Assembly (NCBI GenBank): GCA_013239625.1
Contig: MU053588.1
Location: 1,079,988-1,143,987, forward strand
Reading direction: 5' to 3'
DNA: 64,000 nucleotides
Source of the DNA: Lama guanicoe
Lineage: Eukaryota
The notes under the pieces were generated by a model. It was not told the origin of the DNA. It was given only the letters and a program-made list of their open reading frames with translations, and made no database searches. The position numbers and the translations under genes are program-made. Below, piece after piece: positions 50,956-64,000 of this stretch. Each line of letters begins with the position of its first letter. The stretch's first letter is position 1.

Positions 50956-53209
50956 TGAAAAAATGGGCGAAGATCCCTCCTGATTATTCAGGACTTCACA
51001 AATCACAAGATCTGATGTCATGTACACAACATTCTATAGCTGAATATCTCTGTTTCACAAAGTTACAAACAAGCTGTAACTTTAAAGGTGCATCGGTTTT
51101 ATTTTCTGTATAAATAATACATTCCCGTTATTTAAAAAGTAACATATAACAAGGTATGAAGTGAGAAGTCTCACTCCCACCCCTTTCTCAGCCTACCCTC
51201 CTGCACTCCCACTGCTGTGAGTAAGCATTCTTCTGTATCCTTCTGTCATCTTCTCCACATACTGTTATTTTCCTCTTTTCTTACATAATACATATTGTAG
51301 TCTATACATTAGCCTGTATCACTTAACAGTGTATTCTGGAGATACAGGGAGTGTCCTGATTATTTTTTGACAGGTGTCCAGTATTCCACTTTGTGTATAT
51401 GTTACAGTTTGTTTGATTATTCCCCGCTGATGAACACTTGCTTTGTTCCCAGTCTTTTCCTATTGCAACGTATGCTGTAATGAGGGCTGCCATGGATAGT
51501 TGTACAAGCTGTGCACTGTACAAATATTGTCAATTTGTACTGCAGGTTTCCAGCAGATGGGAGTAAGTCTGCTGAGGAAGGCTCCATATAGGCCACTAAC
51601 AATGCTGCCTAGAACAATTGCCCTTGTATGTACATTTTGTACGTGCTGTTATATCTAAAGATAAACTTCCAACAGTGAGATTGTTGGGTGAAAAGGTAAA
51701 TGCATTTGTCGTTTGGACAGATTCTGCCTTCCATTTTTCCTTCCCATTAGCAACATGTGAGACTACCTATTTCCCCACAGCCTCACCACCAGACCGCATT
51801 GTTAAATATTTGGATTTTTGCCAATCTGATAGGTGAAAAAGGGTATTGCAGTGCAGTTTTAATTCACATTTCTCCTGTTAGGCATCTTCTCATGTTATTT
51901 CTTTTGTATTACTTGTTCAGTAAACTGACCATGTCCTTGGCTTACTTTCCTATTGGGATGTTGGTGCTTTTCTTCTTAATTTGTAGGAACTTTTTATATA
52001 TTTGGCCGATTATAACTTTGTTAGTGATATGAGTTGCATCTTTTGTTCCTAGTTCATCTGTATTTTGACTTTGTTGATGATGTTTTTTTTTTGAAGGGTG
52101 GCATGCACAAGGCTTGATTTTTACATAGAAAATCATCTCAAATATCTTATTTTTAACAAAATAGGTAATACAGGAGTACATTCCTCTTGTAAAGAAATTC
52201 AGAACCTACAGCTATAGTTGAGGTCACCTTTGACCCCCAACCCTCTTCTCATCCCACTTCTCCAAAGGCTGCCACAGTTATCTATTTGGTGTACATCTCT
52301 CTGGATGTTTATTTCTGTATTTTCATTCATATGTAAGTCTGCATTGAAAAATATATAGAATTGTTTTAGGGCTTCCCAAATTCTTTATGGGCAATAGAGT
52401 TCTTGACAGCTTGCGAAGCTCATCTCCAATGAGAAGTACTTTGCAGATTCCAAAACATCTCCAACAGTTTAGAAAACCCTTTCTGGTGGGTGAAAACACA
52501 TTTCAGGCTACTAATTTATTCTTGGTCAGTACTGTTTTGTGATTTTCTTTACCTTTTATTTTTATTGGCAAGTGTCTTTTATGTATCTCTAAATTAAAAG
52601 ACGTCCTTTGAAAAATCTTCATTGAGATGTAATTCACATACTATAAAATGCACCCATTTAAAAAGTACAATTCAATGGGAGTTTTTTTTGGTATATTCAC
52701 AGAATTGTGCAACCATCACTACAATCTAATTTTAGAACATTTTAATCACCCCAAAAAAGAAACTCCATACCCTTTAGCAGTCACTTCCCATTTCCCTCAC
52801 CCAGGCCCCTGGCAACTGCTAATCTACTTTCTGTCACTATAAATTTGCCTATTCTGGACTCTTCATATAAATGGAACTGTACAATATATTGTCTTAAAAG
52901 GCTTTCCTTTTATTCAACAAGCTACAATGTCATTGTCACTCCTAACTGAAAACAAAGCAATAAAGACAAAATGAAAAAGATCTACAATCCATTACATCAT
53001 CAAATATCTAGTCAGTGTTCACATTGCCAGATCTCATAAATATCACTTATCATTTTTTGCAATTTCTTTGAACCAGGGTCAAAACAAGACCGCCCAGTGC
53101 AATTGGTTGGTATTTCATTAAAGCTCCTTTTATCTACTGCTGCCTCTCCATCACTTTTCCTTTTCCTGGCAGTTTATCTGCTGGGGACCCAGGCTGTTGA
53201 TCCTGTAGA

Positions 53210-53922
53210 GCAGGACTGCCAGGTAGAAATACAATGTGATCTGGGGTGGATTACATGCTTGGGATTAGCAGATACACATTACCGTATATAAAATAGATAA
53301 ATAATAAGGACCTTCTGTTTATCACGGGGAGCCATATTCAATTTCTTGTAATGAGCTATAATGGAAAAGAATCTGAATATATATACATATATATTTATAC
53401 ACACACCACACACATATGTATGTGTATGTGTAACTGAATCACTTTGCTGTACACCTGAAACTAACACTGCAAATTGACTACATGTCAATAAAAACTAAAT
53501 AAGAATTTAAAAAGGGAGTTGAAGTATAGCTCGGTTGGTAGAGTGCATGCTGAGCATGCACTAGGTACTTGGTTCAATTCCCAGTACTTCCATTTGAAAA
53601 AGAAAAAAACGAAACCAAAATGAAGATTTTTTTTTAAATGCAATGTGAGCAACACATATGGTTAAAATTTTTAACCGCACTTTAAAAAGAGTAAAAAGAA
53701 ACATAGGAAATTATTTTTAACAATATGTTTTATTTTACCTCCACTACCAAAATATTATTTCAGCCTATAATCAATATAAAATTATTAGCTATTTAAAATT
53801 TTTAAAGTCTTTAAAATTTCATATGTATTTTGTACTTACAGTACATCTCACTCTGCACCAGCCACGACTCAAGTGCTCCATAGCCACATGTGGCTCTTGG
53901 CTATCCTTCAATAGTGCTGTCC
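53210..53922. mobile_element. MER33-like hAT element interrupted by an L1 3' end and a Vic-1-like SINE
   Basis: tagaaatacaatgtga|...|gcaacacatatg...gtaaaaagaaacat...ctcaagtgctccatagccacatgtggct. Confidence 0.65.
53514..53620 (+). mobile_element. Vic-1-like SINE
   Basis: gtatagctcggttggtagagtgcatgctgagcatgcactaggtacttggttcaattcccagtacttcc plus A tail. Confidence 0.8.
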
Positions 53923-56056
53923 TAGGTGTAGAGTTTCCCACACAATTTGGGTCTGGCTGATGCAACCTTGTGGTGTCATTTAATGTGTTCCTTTGACCCC
54001 TGCATTTCCTGTAAACTGGGACTTAGGTCAAGAAACTCAATCAAATTCAAGTTTGGACTTTTTGTTTTTATTTTTACTTTTTGCCAGCACCTTCCTTTGT
54101 GGTGCTTCATACATTCATCAAGAGATACATCCTGTCCCCTCGTCTCTCCATTTGTGGTGTCGGTAACCAGTGATGTTTGATGCCCAGATATACTAATTCA
54201 CTAGAGATTGCAAAATGGTGGTATTCTCATTTCTGCATGATTTTCGGGTTTTTATGATTTAAAAGACAAGTTCAGGATTCTTTTTAAAGGACTTCCTAAT
54301 TTTCAAAATTGTAACAGTCAAAAATTCTTCTTAGTTTTCAAGATGCTTAATTCATTTGACACATATACATTGCGCACCTGCCATGTGTAGCAGTGAACAG
54401 AACAGACACCTCACCCTCAGAGCTGATTGCCCAATGGGGAGAGGCAGATGGAAATAAGTAAATAAACGCAATAATTTCAGGTTATAATCTGTGGCCTGAA
54501 GGAAATGAGTGATGTGTGAGAGAGCATGCGTGGAGTAAGCCCTGTAAACTGGGTGGTCACAGGGAAGGTCTTTCTAGAAGACGACATTGAACCTAAGAGC
54601 TATAAAGTCCCCTGTGAAGGTGGGGGAGGTTGTGGCATTCCCGGCAGAGGGGACAGCAGGTGTAAAGGCTGAAAGATGGGAACAGGGGGGATGCAAAAGA
54701 GGCCAGTGTGGACGGAGAGGGCCTTTGAGGAGAGGGAAAAATAAAGCCTGAGAGGTGAAGCGGGCAGGTGTGCAGGACCTGGTTGGCTGCAGGGGGATAC
54801 TCTGACTTTTAACCTGAATAATATGGAGCTAAGTGAGGATTCTGAGTGGGGAGGGATGTGACCTGACTCAGATGTTTACAGGGTCCCCCCAGCTACGTGT
54901 GGGAAGAGTCTGTGGGGACAGAAGAGGAGCAGGGAGGAGGTTGTGTGATGGTCCCTTGGGGGACCAGAGTGGAGACCATGGAGGGGGCAGAAGTGTGTGT
55001 GTCCTAGATCTGTTGAAAGCAGAGCTGACAGATTTGCTGATGGATTAGGTGTGGGTAGTGAGATAAAAGAGAGAAATCAAGGATGACTCAAAGATTTTAA
55101 CTTAAGCACCTGGGTGGGTGGCGATGCTATTCCTGAGATGGGTAAGACTGTGGGAGGAGAGGTTTTGAAATCAAGAGTTCAGTTTTGGCCATTTTCGCAA
55201 AGAGATGTCAAGTGGGCTTCGGCTATAAGTGCATGGACTCTGGGGAGCAGCCAGGGCTGGGATGTAGACTTCATAGTCATTGGCATGGGATGGCAAGCAG
55301 AGCCTTGGACGTCAATGAGATCTCCAGGGAGAGTATGTATCTCAAGAAAAGCATGCAAATTCCAGGTCTGGAGGAGAAGGAGACTCCAGCAAAGAAAGCT
55401 GACAAAAGTCAGAGAAGAAGGTACTTCAAAAGGAGTTAGGCAAGTGGACAATGACAAAGGAAGAGCAGCAAATCACAAGGGCACAGTCCGGGACTAAATG
55501 GAGGAGATGGAGTCCGCAGCCCCGTGTGGAGCGGAGTTGGAGGGCATCAGATTTTAAGAGGGGCAGTGTCACACTGCATCATAAGGGAAGGAATCAGGTT
55601 GATGGAGTGGCAGTAGAAGGTGGAGAGTTCCTGTGTGATTATGTCTCTACACTCTGTGGTTTCTAGAGCCCTTCATGATTTGCAAAGCATGTTACTCATT
55701 TAGAAAGCATTTTGCAAAGTTCTTGGCTACAAAGCACTTTTTACAGACAGAAAATTTCGCTTCTGTTCATACCCTAGAGCAGCGTTTCTCAGATTGCACA
55801 CTGCAACCCATCTGTTGGTCATGAAATTAATTTAGATAAGTCATGACCAACATCTTTAAAAATAAAATAGAATAGAACATTGCAGAGTGTGTTGCATAGC
55901 GAAAGTCAGAATTGTGTCATGAAACCCTTTTTTTTTGGATCACATTGTAAAATCCATCCTTACTGTAGGTGCGGTCAAAACATTTGAAAGACCGCCCCAG
56001 AGAACCTCTTGCAAAAAGTTTATCGGAGATCAGCACGAGAATGTTCAATGAGGTCA

Positions 56057-56153
56057 GGGGGGAGGGTAATACCTCAGTGGTAGAGCACATGCTTGGCAAG
56101 TATGAGGTCCTAGGTTCAATCCCCAGTACCTCCATTTAAGAAAAAAAAATAAA
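56057..56153 (+). mobile_element. Vic-1-like SINE
   Basis: ggggggagggtaatacctcagtggtagagcacatgc...ggttcaatccccagtacctcc; TSD aatgttcaatga at 56040 and 56154. Confidence 0.85.
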
Positions 56154-56429
56154 AATGTTCAATGAAAGTGTTGTCTGTAAAGTAAAAAACTGGAAGCAAC
56201 CTAAATGTCCGTCATCAGGAGGGTTGTACTTATAAAACAGGAATACTACACAGCAGTGAAAATGCATCATTTGATCTATATATCAATGTGGATAGATCTT
56301 GAAAACATGAATGATAAGAGCAAGTTTCAAATTACATGGTTATAATAACAATTCTTTAAATCAAAATGCATAGGACATTATATATTTTTCTGGGAAAATG
56401 TCAGAATGTAGGTAGTAGAAATACTGACA

Positions 56430-56805
56430 TTTTTTATTGAAACATAGTGGATTTACAGTATTAGTTTCAGTTAGAGAAAATAGTGATTCACTATTTTTAT
56501 AGATCATATTCTGTTTAAAGTTATTATAAAATGTTGACTATATTCTCTGTGCTGTACAATATGTCCTTGTAGCTTATTTATTTTATATATATATATATAT
56601 TTATATATATACCTCTTAATCCCCATCCCTACCTTTCCCCTCCCCTCTTCCCTCTCCCTACAGGTAACCACTAGTTGGTTCTCTATATATCTGTGAGTCT
56701 GTCTCTGTTTTGTTATATTCATTCGTTTATTTTTTAAGATTCCACATATAAGTGATAATATACAGTATTTGTCTGTTGGACTTATTTCACTAAGCATAAT
56801 ATCAT
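56430..56805 (-). mobile_element. L1 3' end (antisense)
   Basis: ggtaaccactagtt...ctgtgagtctgt...agattccacatataagtgata...cttatttcactaagcataat. Confidence 0.75.
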
Positions 56806-57290
56806 CATGTGATACATACTTCTTTGGAAGGACACACCAACTCCATGTGGTTACCTTGGGGGAGGGTTGAGGGGATTGAGCAAGAGAAGGGAACACCGAG
56901 GGCTCTAATCATACCTGTCATGTTTTAGTTCTTAAATGTATCGTAGTTAAAAAATATGTCATCATGAGCATTTATTAATTCTGAGGTGATGGACATATGA
57001 CTCTTTATTCCCAGTTGAAATTCAGAGGCCTCCACTCTGTCAGGTGTCTATTTAGTTGCTGGAGTGGGAAACAAATGGCTTCGAGGAAGGGGCAGAGTTG
57101 GTGGCATTGATCATTCAGGGCCCAAGCCTTGAGGGGGCTGGCCTGGATGAAAGAGTAATTATCTAATTTGGAGACAGAAGGAGCTGTGTGGACAAGTTGG
57201 CTCAACTGACCTTTGAGTGAAGGACACAGCCAGCACGGGGAGGGAGCCAGGGAGAGAAATGCACAACTCCATTGTCCTCCTGCTCCCTGA

Positions 57291-58235
<945 letters not shown>

Positions 58236-60469
58236 TGAGCGCTGCTGTGTCCTTGCACATCCCCGGTTCTCCCACGTCCACCTCTTACAGACTCGGCGCA
58301 CACGTGGACATATACCCTTATACATGCAGCAGCATCCTTGTGCCCTCAGGGTGGCCGCCCCCACACCGTGCCTGCCACTTGCACACTCACACTGGGAGCT
58401 CTTATATTCCTGATGCAGCCACATCCACATGCTCAGGTACTTGAACCCACGTGGTTATGCACACCTGGCTCACCTTCCCAGTCCCTGGTGTGCCATCTCT
58501 TGGCGCTGGCCTGCCCACACCCACTCTTTTGTAATCTTACTTTGAGGTGCCCTGTATGCTGGCCCACCCCTTACCAATCACCACATGTGCCCCCAAATGC
58601 CCTCTGAGTTCCTAGCACACAGTGCCCATTCCACTGATTCTGGGTGCACACGTGGGTGCACATCTCCTGTACTCACTCTGAGGATGCCAGTGTGTCTTCC
58701 TGCAGCCCTGGCACAGCATATGGTTGTCCACCCCTCACTCATTCACCTGCATGTGCCTTCCTATAGCCCTGGCACCCTCATGCTCACCCCTGCACACTGG
58801 AACCACCCTCTCAAACTCACCTACAAGAGCCCCTGCATGTCCTTGGTGGCCAAATCTACTCCTTGTCCTGATATGCCCCTAATATGCCCAGTCCACAAGT
58901 GTTTGAATGCCCCTTATGTACTCACTTGCTCCCGGAGTACAGTCATGTGGCCCTGGCACACCCCAGCCCACCTCATACACTTAGCATGTATGTAGTTCCC
59001 ACATTCTCTTGCACTCCCATGAGCTCCACCTGCACACTCGGCCCCCAGCCCTGCCCCTGTGGTCCCAGTGGTCCTCCAGCTCACACTCACAATGCACTTC
59101 CCTACCCTGGGCACTCACAATTCCTCTTTGTTCCTCACATGCACCAAGCACCTGCCTGCTCCTCCCACCTGCTCTTGCACCCCCTTCCCCACTTACACTC
59201 GAAGTCCATGCGGCTTGCACCCCCATCATCTCCTCAACACCTGGGCCCCTCGCATTTCCTCAGTGCCACCTGGCTCATGCACACCTGGGCTTGTGCCCCA
59301 CCCTAAGCCCCACCCTCATGTTCCAAGCCCTCTTATGCTGACTCCCAAGTCCCCCTGCACGTTTATCCCGCTGCACATGCACTGACGTATGAATTAGAGA
59401 CCCTTCCCACACTCACACCCCTCCGCCCTCGGTTTTGCCCAGGCCCTTGCATGCCTGCCCTATGTGCCCATTGTCTGCCGTGCACACTGCACCCTGCATG
59501 GTTGCATTCTTCCCACATCCTCCCATGCCTCCACACAGTCCTTGACCACTATCCCTCCCTTAATCCCTGGTGCCCTCTCACAAGACTCTTGCACATCAGC
59601 TTTTTCACATATTCCACTGGAACCCCAAGGTTTTGCACACTCACCTGTGTCCCTTGGGGCACCACTGCATACTCACCCTCCTCTCCGATCTGGCTTACAA
59701 GTCATTGCACCATCCTTGCATCTGCTGGAAGCCCTGGTTCCCTACTGGCCGTGCACACCCTTGTACCTGTGATGCGGTGGGAGCTCTGTCCCCCCCAACC
59801 CCTTACGTGCACCCTATGTGTGCACTCTTTCTCATAGCATTCTTCCTCTCTAAACATTTCCTCCTGTTCATGACTCACATTCCCACTCTCTCCTGATGCT
59901 CCAGAGTCCACATCTGCCTGCATGGCCCCCAGCGCTCATGCAGCAATACAATAGCAAACACTATACAGCATCTGGTAGGGGCCAGGCACTGTGCATCTAT
60001 CAATTCACTTAATCCTCACACTAACCCTATTACCCATAGGCCCTACTATTATTCTCCGATTTACAGAAGGGGAAATAGGCCTAGAGAGTTATGTGTAACT
60101 CAGTGGTAGAATCAGGATGAGAACCCAGGCAGTCTGGTTGCAGAACAGTTGCCAAAAACCACTGTGCTCCGTCTTTCAAAGAAGCCAAAAGCATAGATTC
60201 TGGAACCACCTTGTTGGTAATTTGAATCGTACACCTACCACCTCTCAGGTGCGTCACCCTGGGCACATGGCTTTCTAGGCCTCCATTTACTCATCTGTAA
60301 AATGGGGATAATAGCCTCGACCTCTAGGATGGCTTGTGAGGATTAAATGAGATACCATATGGAAAATGCCTGATACAGGGCCCGGCCTCATCGAAGTTCT
60401 TACCAGTGCACCTACAGCGAGCGCTGTATAGGTTTGCTATTGATAATAAAAACAATGACAATGCTTAGA

Positions 60470-61320
60470 ACAGAGGCTGCAGCGGCGAACGCTTGCAGCT
60501 GCCAAGGCTGTTGTCCCAAGTCCCTGCGGATGACGCCCCCATCACGTCCCCTCTGTCCCGCGTTGCAGGTGAAGGAGTCGAAGCGTCAGTTCATCTTCGA
60601 CGTGGTGAACGAGGGCGGCGAATCGGAGAAGATGGAGCTCTTCGTGAGCTTCTGCGAGGACACCATCTTCGAGATGCAGATCGCCGCGCAGATCTCGGAG
60701 ACCGAGGGCGAGCCGGAGGAGAACGATGACGAGGGCGCGGTCGTCGGCGCGGCGGAGCTGGGCGCCGAGGGCGCGGAGGAGGGCGCGGCAAGGCCCGAGG
60801 GCGCGGCGGCCACGGCGGCGGCGGCCTTGACCGCGCAGCTGACGGCGGCGGCCGGCCGGGCCCTGCGCGGAGCGGTGCTGGCGCGCGCGGGGGCGGCGGG
60901 CGCGGGGGCGGCGACGGGCGCGCTGCGCCTGCTCTGGGGCTCGCTCTTCGGCGGCGGCCTGGTGGAGGGCGCCAAGAAGGTGACGGTGACGGAGCTGCTG
61001 GCGGGCATGCCCGACCCCACGGGAGACGAGGTGCACGGCGAGCAGCCGACCGGGCCCGGTGGCGACGCGGACGGCGAAGATGCGGCCGAGGGCGCGGGCG
61101 ATGCTGCGGAGGGCGTGGGCGACGAGGAGGCGGCGGCGGAGGAGGCCGGCCCTGGAGGCGCCGACCGGGCGGTGGCCGTGGCCGAGGGGGGCCCCTTCCG
61201 GCCCGAAGGGGCGGGCGGCCTCGGGGACATGGGTGATACGACGCCGGTGGAGCCGCCCACTCCCGAGGGCTCCCCCATCATCAAGAGGAAGCTGGGGGTG
61301 AGAGGGAAGGCGGGGGCTTC
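60470..61320. promoter_or_regulatory. Intragenic CpG island over exon 91
   Basis: Very high GC with dense CpG (ggcgcggcggcc, gcgcgcgcgg) over more than 800 bp, in contrast with CpG-depleted introns. Confidence 0.8.
60569..61297 (+). CDS. RYR1: RYR1 exon 91 (divergent region 1; shortened in frame)
   Basis: tgcag|...|gtgaga, 729 nt; [17 protein letters not shown]...SPIIKRKLG; recalled human exon is 813 nt. Confidence 0.95.
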
Positions 61321-61950
61321 AGGGTTTTGGAGAGATTGTGGGTTGGAGGGAGGAAGAGAGGGGGAAGAGAGACTCTAATAGACCGAGGTGGGGTAGAGGA
61401 GTCGGCGCACGAGAGCCTGAGAGACACGCAGAGATGGAGACCTGGAGGAAGGCTCGAGGTGAAAAGATAGTGTTTCTGGGAGAGGCAGAGAAAAAGATCA
61501 TCTGGCGCCAGATAGAGCAGGAGATCCAGAGACCAAATTAGAGGGAAAGCGGGACCAAGAACTAGGAAGACCCAAGAGAGGGTCGGGGACACTGGGGAAG
61601 ACCTTCAGAGATTGACCCTTGTGGTAAATTAATGAGCCCACGTTACAAAAGCCCCTAGCATCCTCAGGCCCTCAGTGCAATGAGTGCCAGGTGGGTGTGG
61701 TTGTCAAGGTAATGGGAAGCCCTGGGGGGAGAAGAGCTCCGCTTGGAGTCAGCCTGATTCTGCACTGTGCTTTGGCCGAGGCACTCCACCTCTCTGAGCC
61801 GCAGTTTCCCCTCTGTAAAATGAGAATCATAATGCCGCTTCTAGTGGGGGAGAAAGTAAAACTTAGAAAGGGACACAGAGATGAATAGGCAGGGCAGCAC
61901 TGAGAAGCACTTGGGGTATAACTCGGCCGTGATGCTTGCCCTGCCCCCAG

Positions 61951-61983
61951 GTGGATGGAGAGGAAGAGGAGCTGCCTCCCGAG

Positions 61984-62014
<31 letters not shown>

Positions 62015-62027
62015 CTGAGAAAGCTGA
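61951..62027 (+). CDS. RYR1: RYR1 exon 92
   Basis: cccag|...|gtgagt, 77 nt; VDGEEEELPPEPEPEPEPEPEPEKA. Confidence 0.95.
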
Positions 62028-62597
62028 GTGAGTGACTTTGGGGTCCAAGGGGCCCAGCCCCTATCACTGCCTCCCTCCTAGTCTGGGAGCCTCCTGAGGT
62101 CAGCTCCTGAGGCTGTCCTGGTCACTCTGTGACCTCAGCATCACCCAGCCCAGGCAAATGAATGCTCCTCTCTTACCCCCAGGCCTTTCTACCAGCCATT
62201 CCTTCCGCCCGCAACACCATCCCCCATGCTTCATCTCAGTCTCCCTCCTCCTCCCCATCTTGGCTCACATGTCTCCTTCTTCAGGAAGCCTACCTTACAC
62301 CCACCCCCTAAGTTGAAGAGGTGTCTCCTCTGGGCTCCCGTATGCCCCCAAGCTTGCCGCATCCCAGCCCCGACCACTCTGGGATGCTACTGCCTAGGGT
62401 ACTGTCTGTACCCTCACTGGATCAGAGCCCCATGAGGACAGGACTAGAAGTTGTCTCACTACTATGTCCCCAGCACCATCTAGGCCTGGACCAGGCATGG
62501 GGTGGGCACCAGTACATGGCCTTGAATGAATGAATGAATGCATGCATGCATGCATTTCCCAGGCACCTCCTCACTCTTTCTCTGTCCTGGCCTGCAG

Positions 62598-62748
62598 TGC
62601 TGAGAATGGGGAGAAGCAAGAAGTCCCCGAGCCCCCACCAGAGCCCCCCAAGAAGACAGCTCCTCCACCCCTTCCAAAGAAGGAGGAGGCTGGAGGTGGG
62701 GGCCTGGAGTTCTGGGGAGAACTGGAAGTACAGAGGGTGAAGTTCTTG
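62598..62748 (+). CDS. RYR1: RYR1 exon 93
   Basis: tgcag|...|gtgagg, 151 nt; [19 protein letters not shown]...EVQRVKFL. Confidence 0.95.
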
Positions 62749-63419
62749 GTGAGGACCCAGCAAGGGCACGCTGAAGCCTCCTCTCCCCGCATTCACAGCA
62801 CCTCTACTCGCACCCTGTTCTTGAGCCCATCTGTGCCAGACTCCTCTCTGAGGGGCAGCCACACTGGGCAGAGGGCAGAGATGTCCCCAGGCAGAGCAGG
62901 ACCTGGGCACAGAGCAGCATTTTCAGGTGGTCCCCACTTGGCTCCTTGGCCTCTCCCTGCTCACAATCCTTATTCCAACCTCTATGCCTTTACTCATCTG
63001 GAGTCACCAGCCTTGGCTTCCCACCCACATCCTCTATCCAGAGCTAAATCCAGGAGGTCATGGCTCTGTGTTCCGTGACCTAATTTGTGGCTCTCAGCCT
63101 TTGGGTAGGCGCTGCTACACCAGCCCCACCTCCTCCTGTGGGGGCAGAACTCATCTTCTCATCCAGGCCAGGAAGAAGGGAGGGAGGGCACTTGGGAGGG
63201 CAGGGTCCAGGGCTCCACCTGTCCTGTCTCCTCCTCACGCCAGCCTGACATGAGGGGCTGAGGGAAACATGTTGGACAGAGGCGGGTCAGTGAGGATTTG
63301 TGGGAAGAGTCAGGGATGGAGAGAACAGTGGAGAAAAAAAGGGGAAGGGAGAGGTGGACATAGGTGTCCTCTGCCTGGGGTAAAGCAGACCAGGTCACCT
63401 CACCCAGGAAGCAGCATGG

Positions 63420-63640
63420 CAGACTGGTTGGGAGTGTGGACTCTGGAGCTGGACTACCTGGCTGCCACTTCTTGGCTATGTGACCTTGAACAAGGTAGCT
63501 CACCTCCCTGAGCCTCTGTTTCCTCATCTGTAAAGCAGTCATATCAGCAGTCCCCACTTCATAGGATTGTGTGAGAGTTAAACAGGTTCGTTCATATAAA
63601 GCTCTTAGCCCGGGGCTTGGTATGCAGTAAGCACTCAATG
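63420..63640 (+). mobile_element. MIR SINE
   Basis: gtgaccttgaacaag..cacctccctgagcctctgtttcctcatctgtaaa core; other MIR cores at about 7050, 8720, 18100, 22300, 41400, 47650, 49650, 60000, 60270 and 61790. Confidence 0.75.
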
Positions 63641-63705
63641 AATGGGAGGGTGTGGGGCCAGATACTGAGGACCCCAGTGCTTGGGTTGGGTGAGTGATGG
63701 GATGA

Positions 63706-63999
<294 letters not shown>

Positions 64000-64000
64000 T

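Noticed and set aside
58338..59923. Many overlapping 80-140 aa ORFs in intron 90
   Set aside because: Product of C-rich low-complexity sequence with few stop codons; no recognisable domain.
60542..61284. Antisense ORFs over exon 91
   Set aside because: Shadow ORFs expected from very GC-rich coding sequence; no independent support.

Overview
Mammalian genomic DNA carrying the central part of the skeletal-muscle ryanodine receptor gene RYR1 on the + strand. I traced 61 consecutive exons (34-94 by human numbering, from memory) with their splice sites. They join into one open frame of about 8.74 kb covering the junctional/bridging solenoids, repeat 3-4, the CaM site, the core/EF-hand region, divergent region 1 and the first transmembrane segment. 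The gene extends beyond both window ends. Repeated tRNA-derived Vic-1-like SINEs point to a camelid. Introns hold L1, L2, MIR, MLT and DNA-transposon relics. Most notable: (1) exon 91 apparently lacks the conserved 30-codon [15 protein letters not shown]...ALLW segment, in frame; (2) several introns contain dense single-motif clusters (octamer ATTTGCAT, CCAAT/E-box/GC-box, AGGTCA direct repeats); (3) a tandem array of L2 3' tails with many AATAAA sits just before exon 85; (4) a GC-AG intron, both known microexons (ASI, ASII) and a few unusual substitutions. Comparisons with human/rabbit RYR1 and repeat family names rely on recalled sequence and need alignment.
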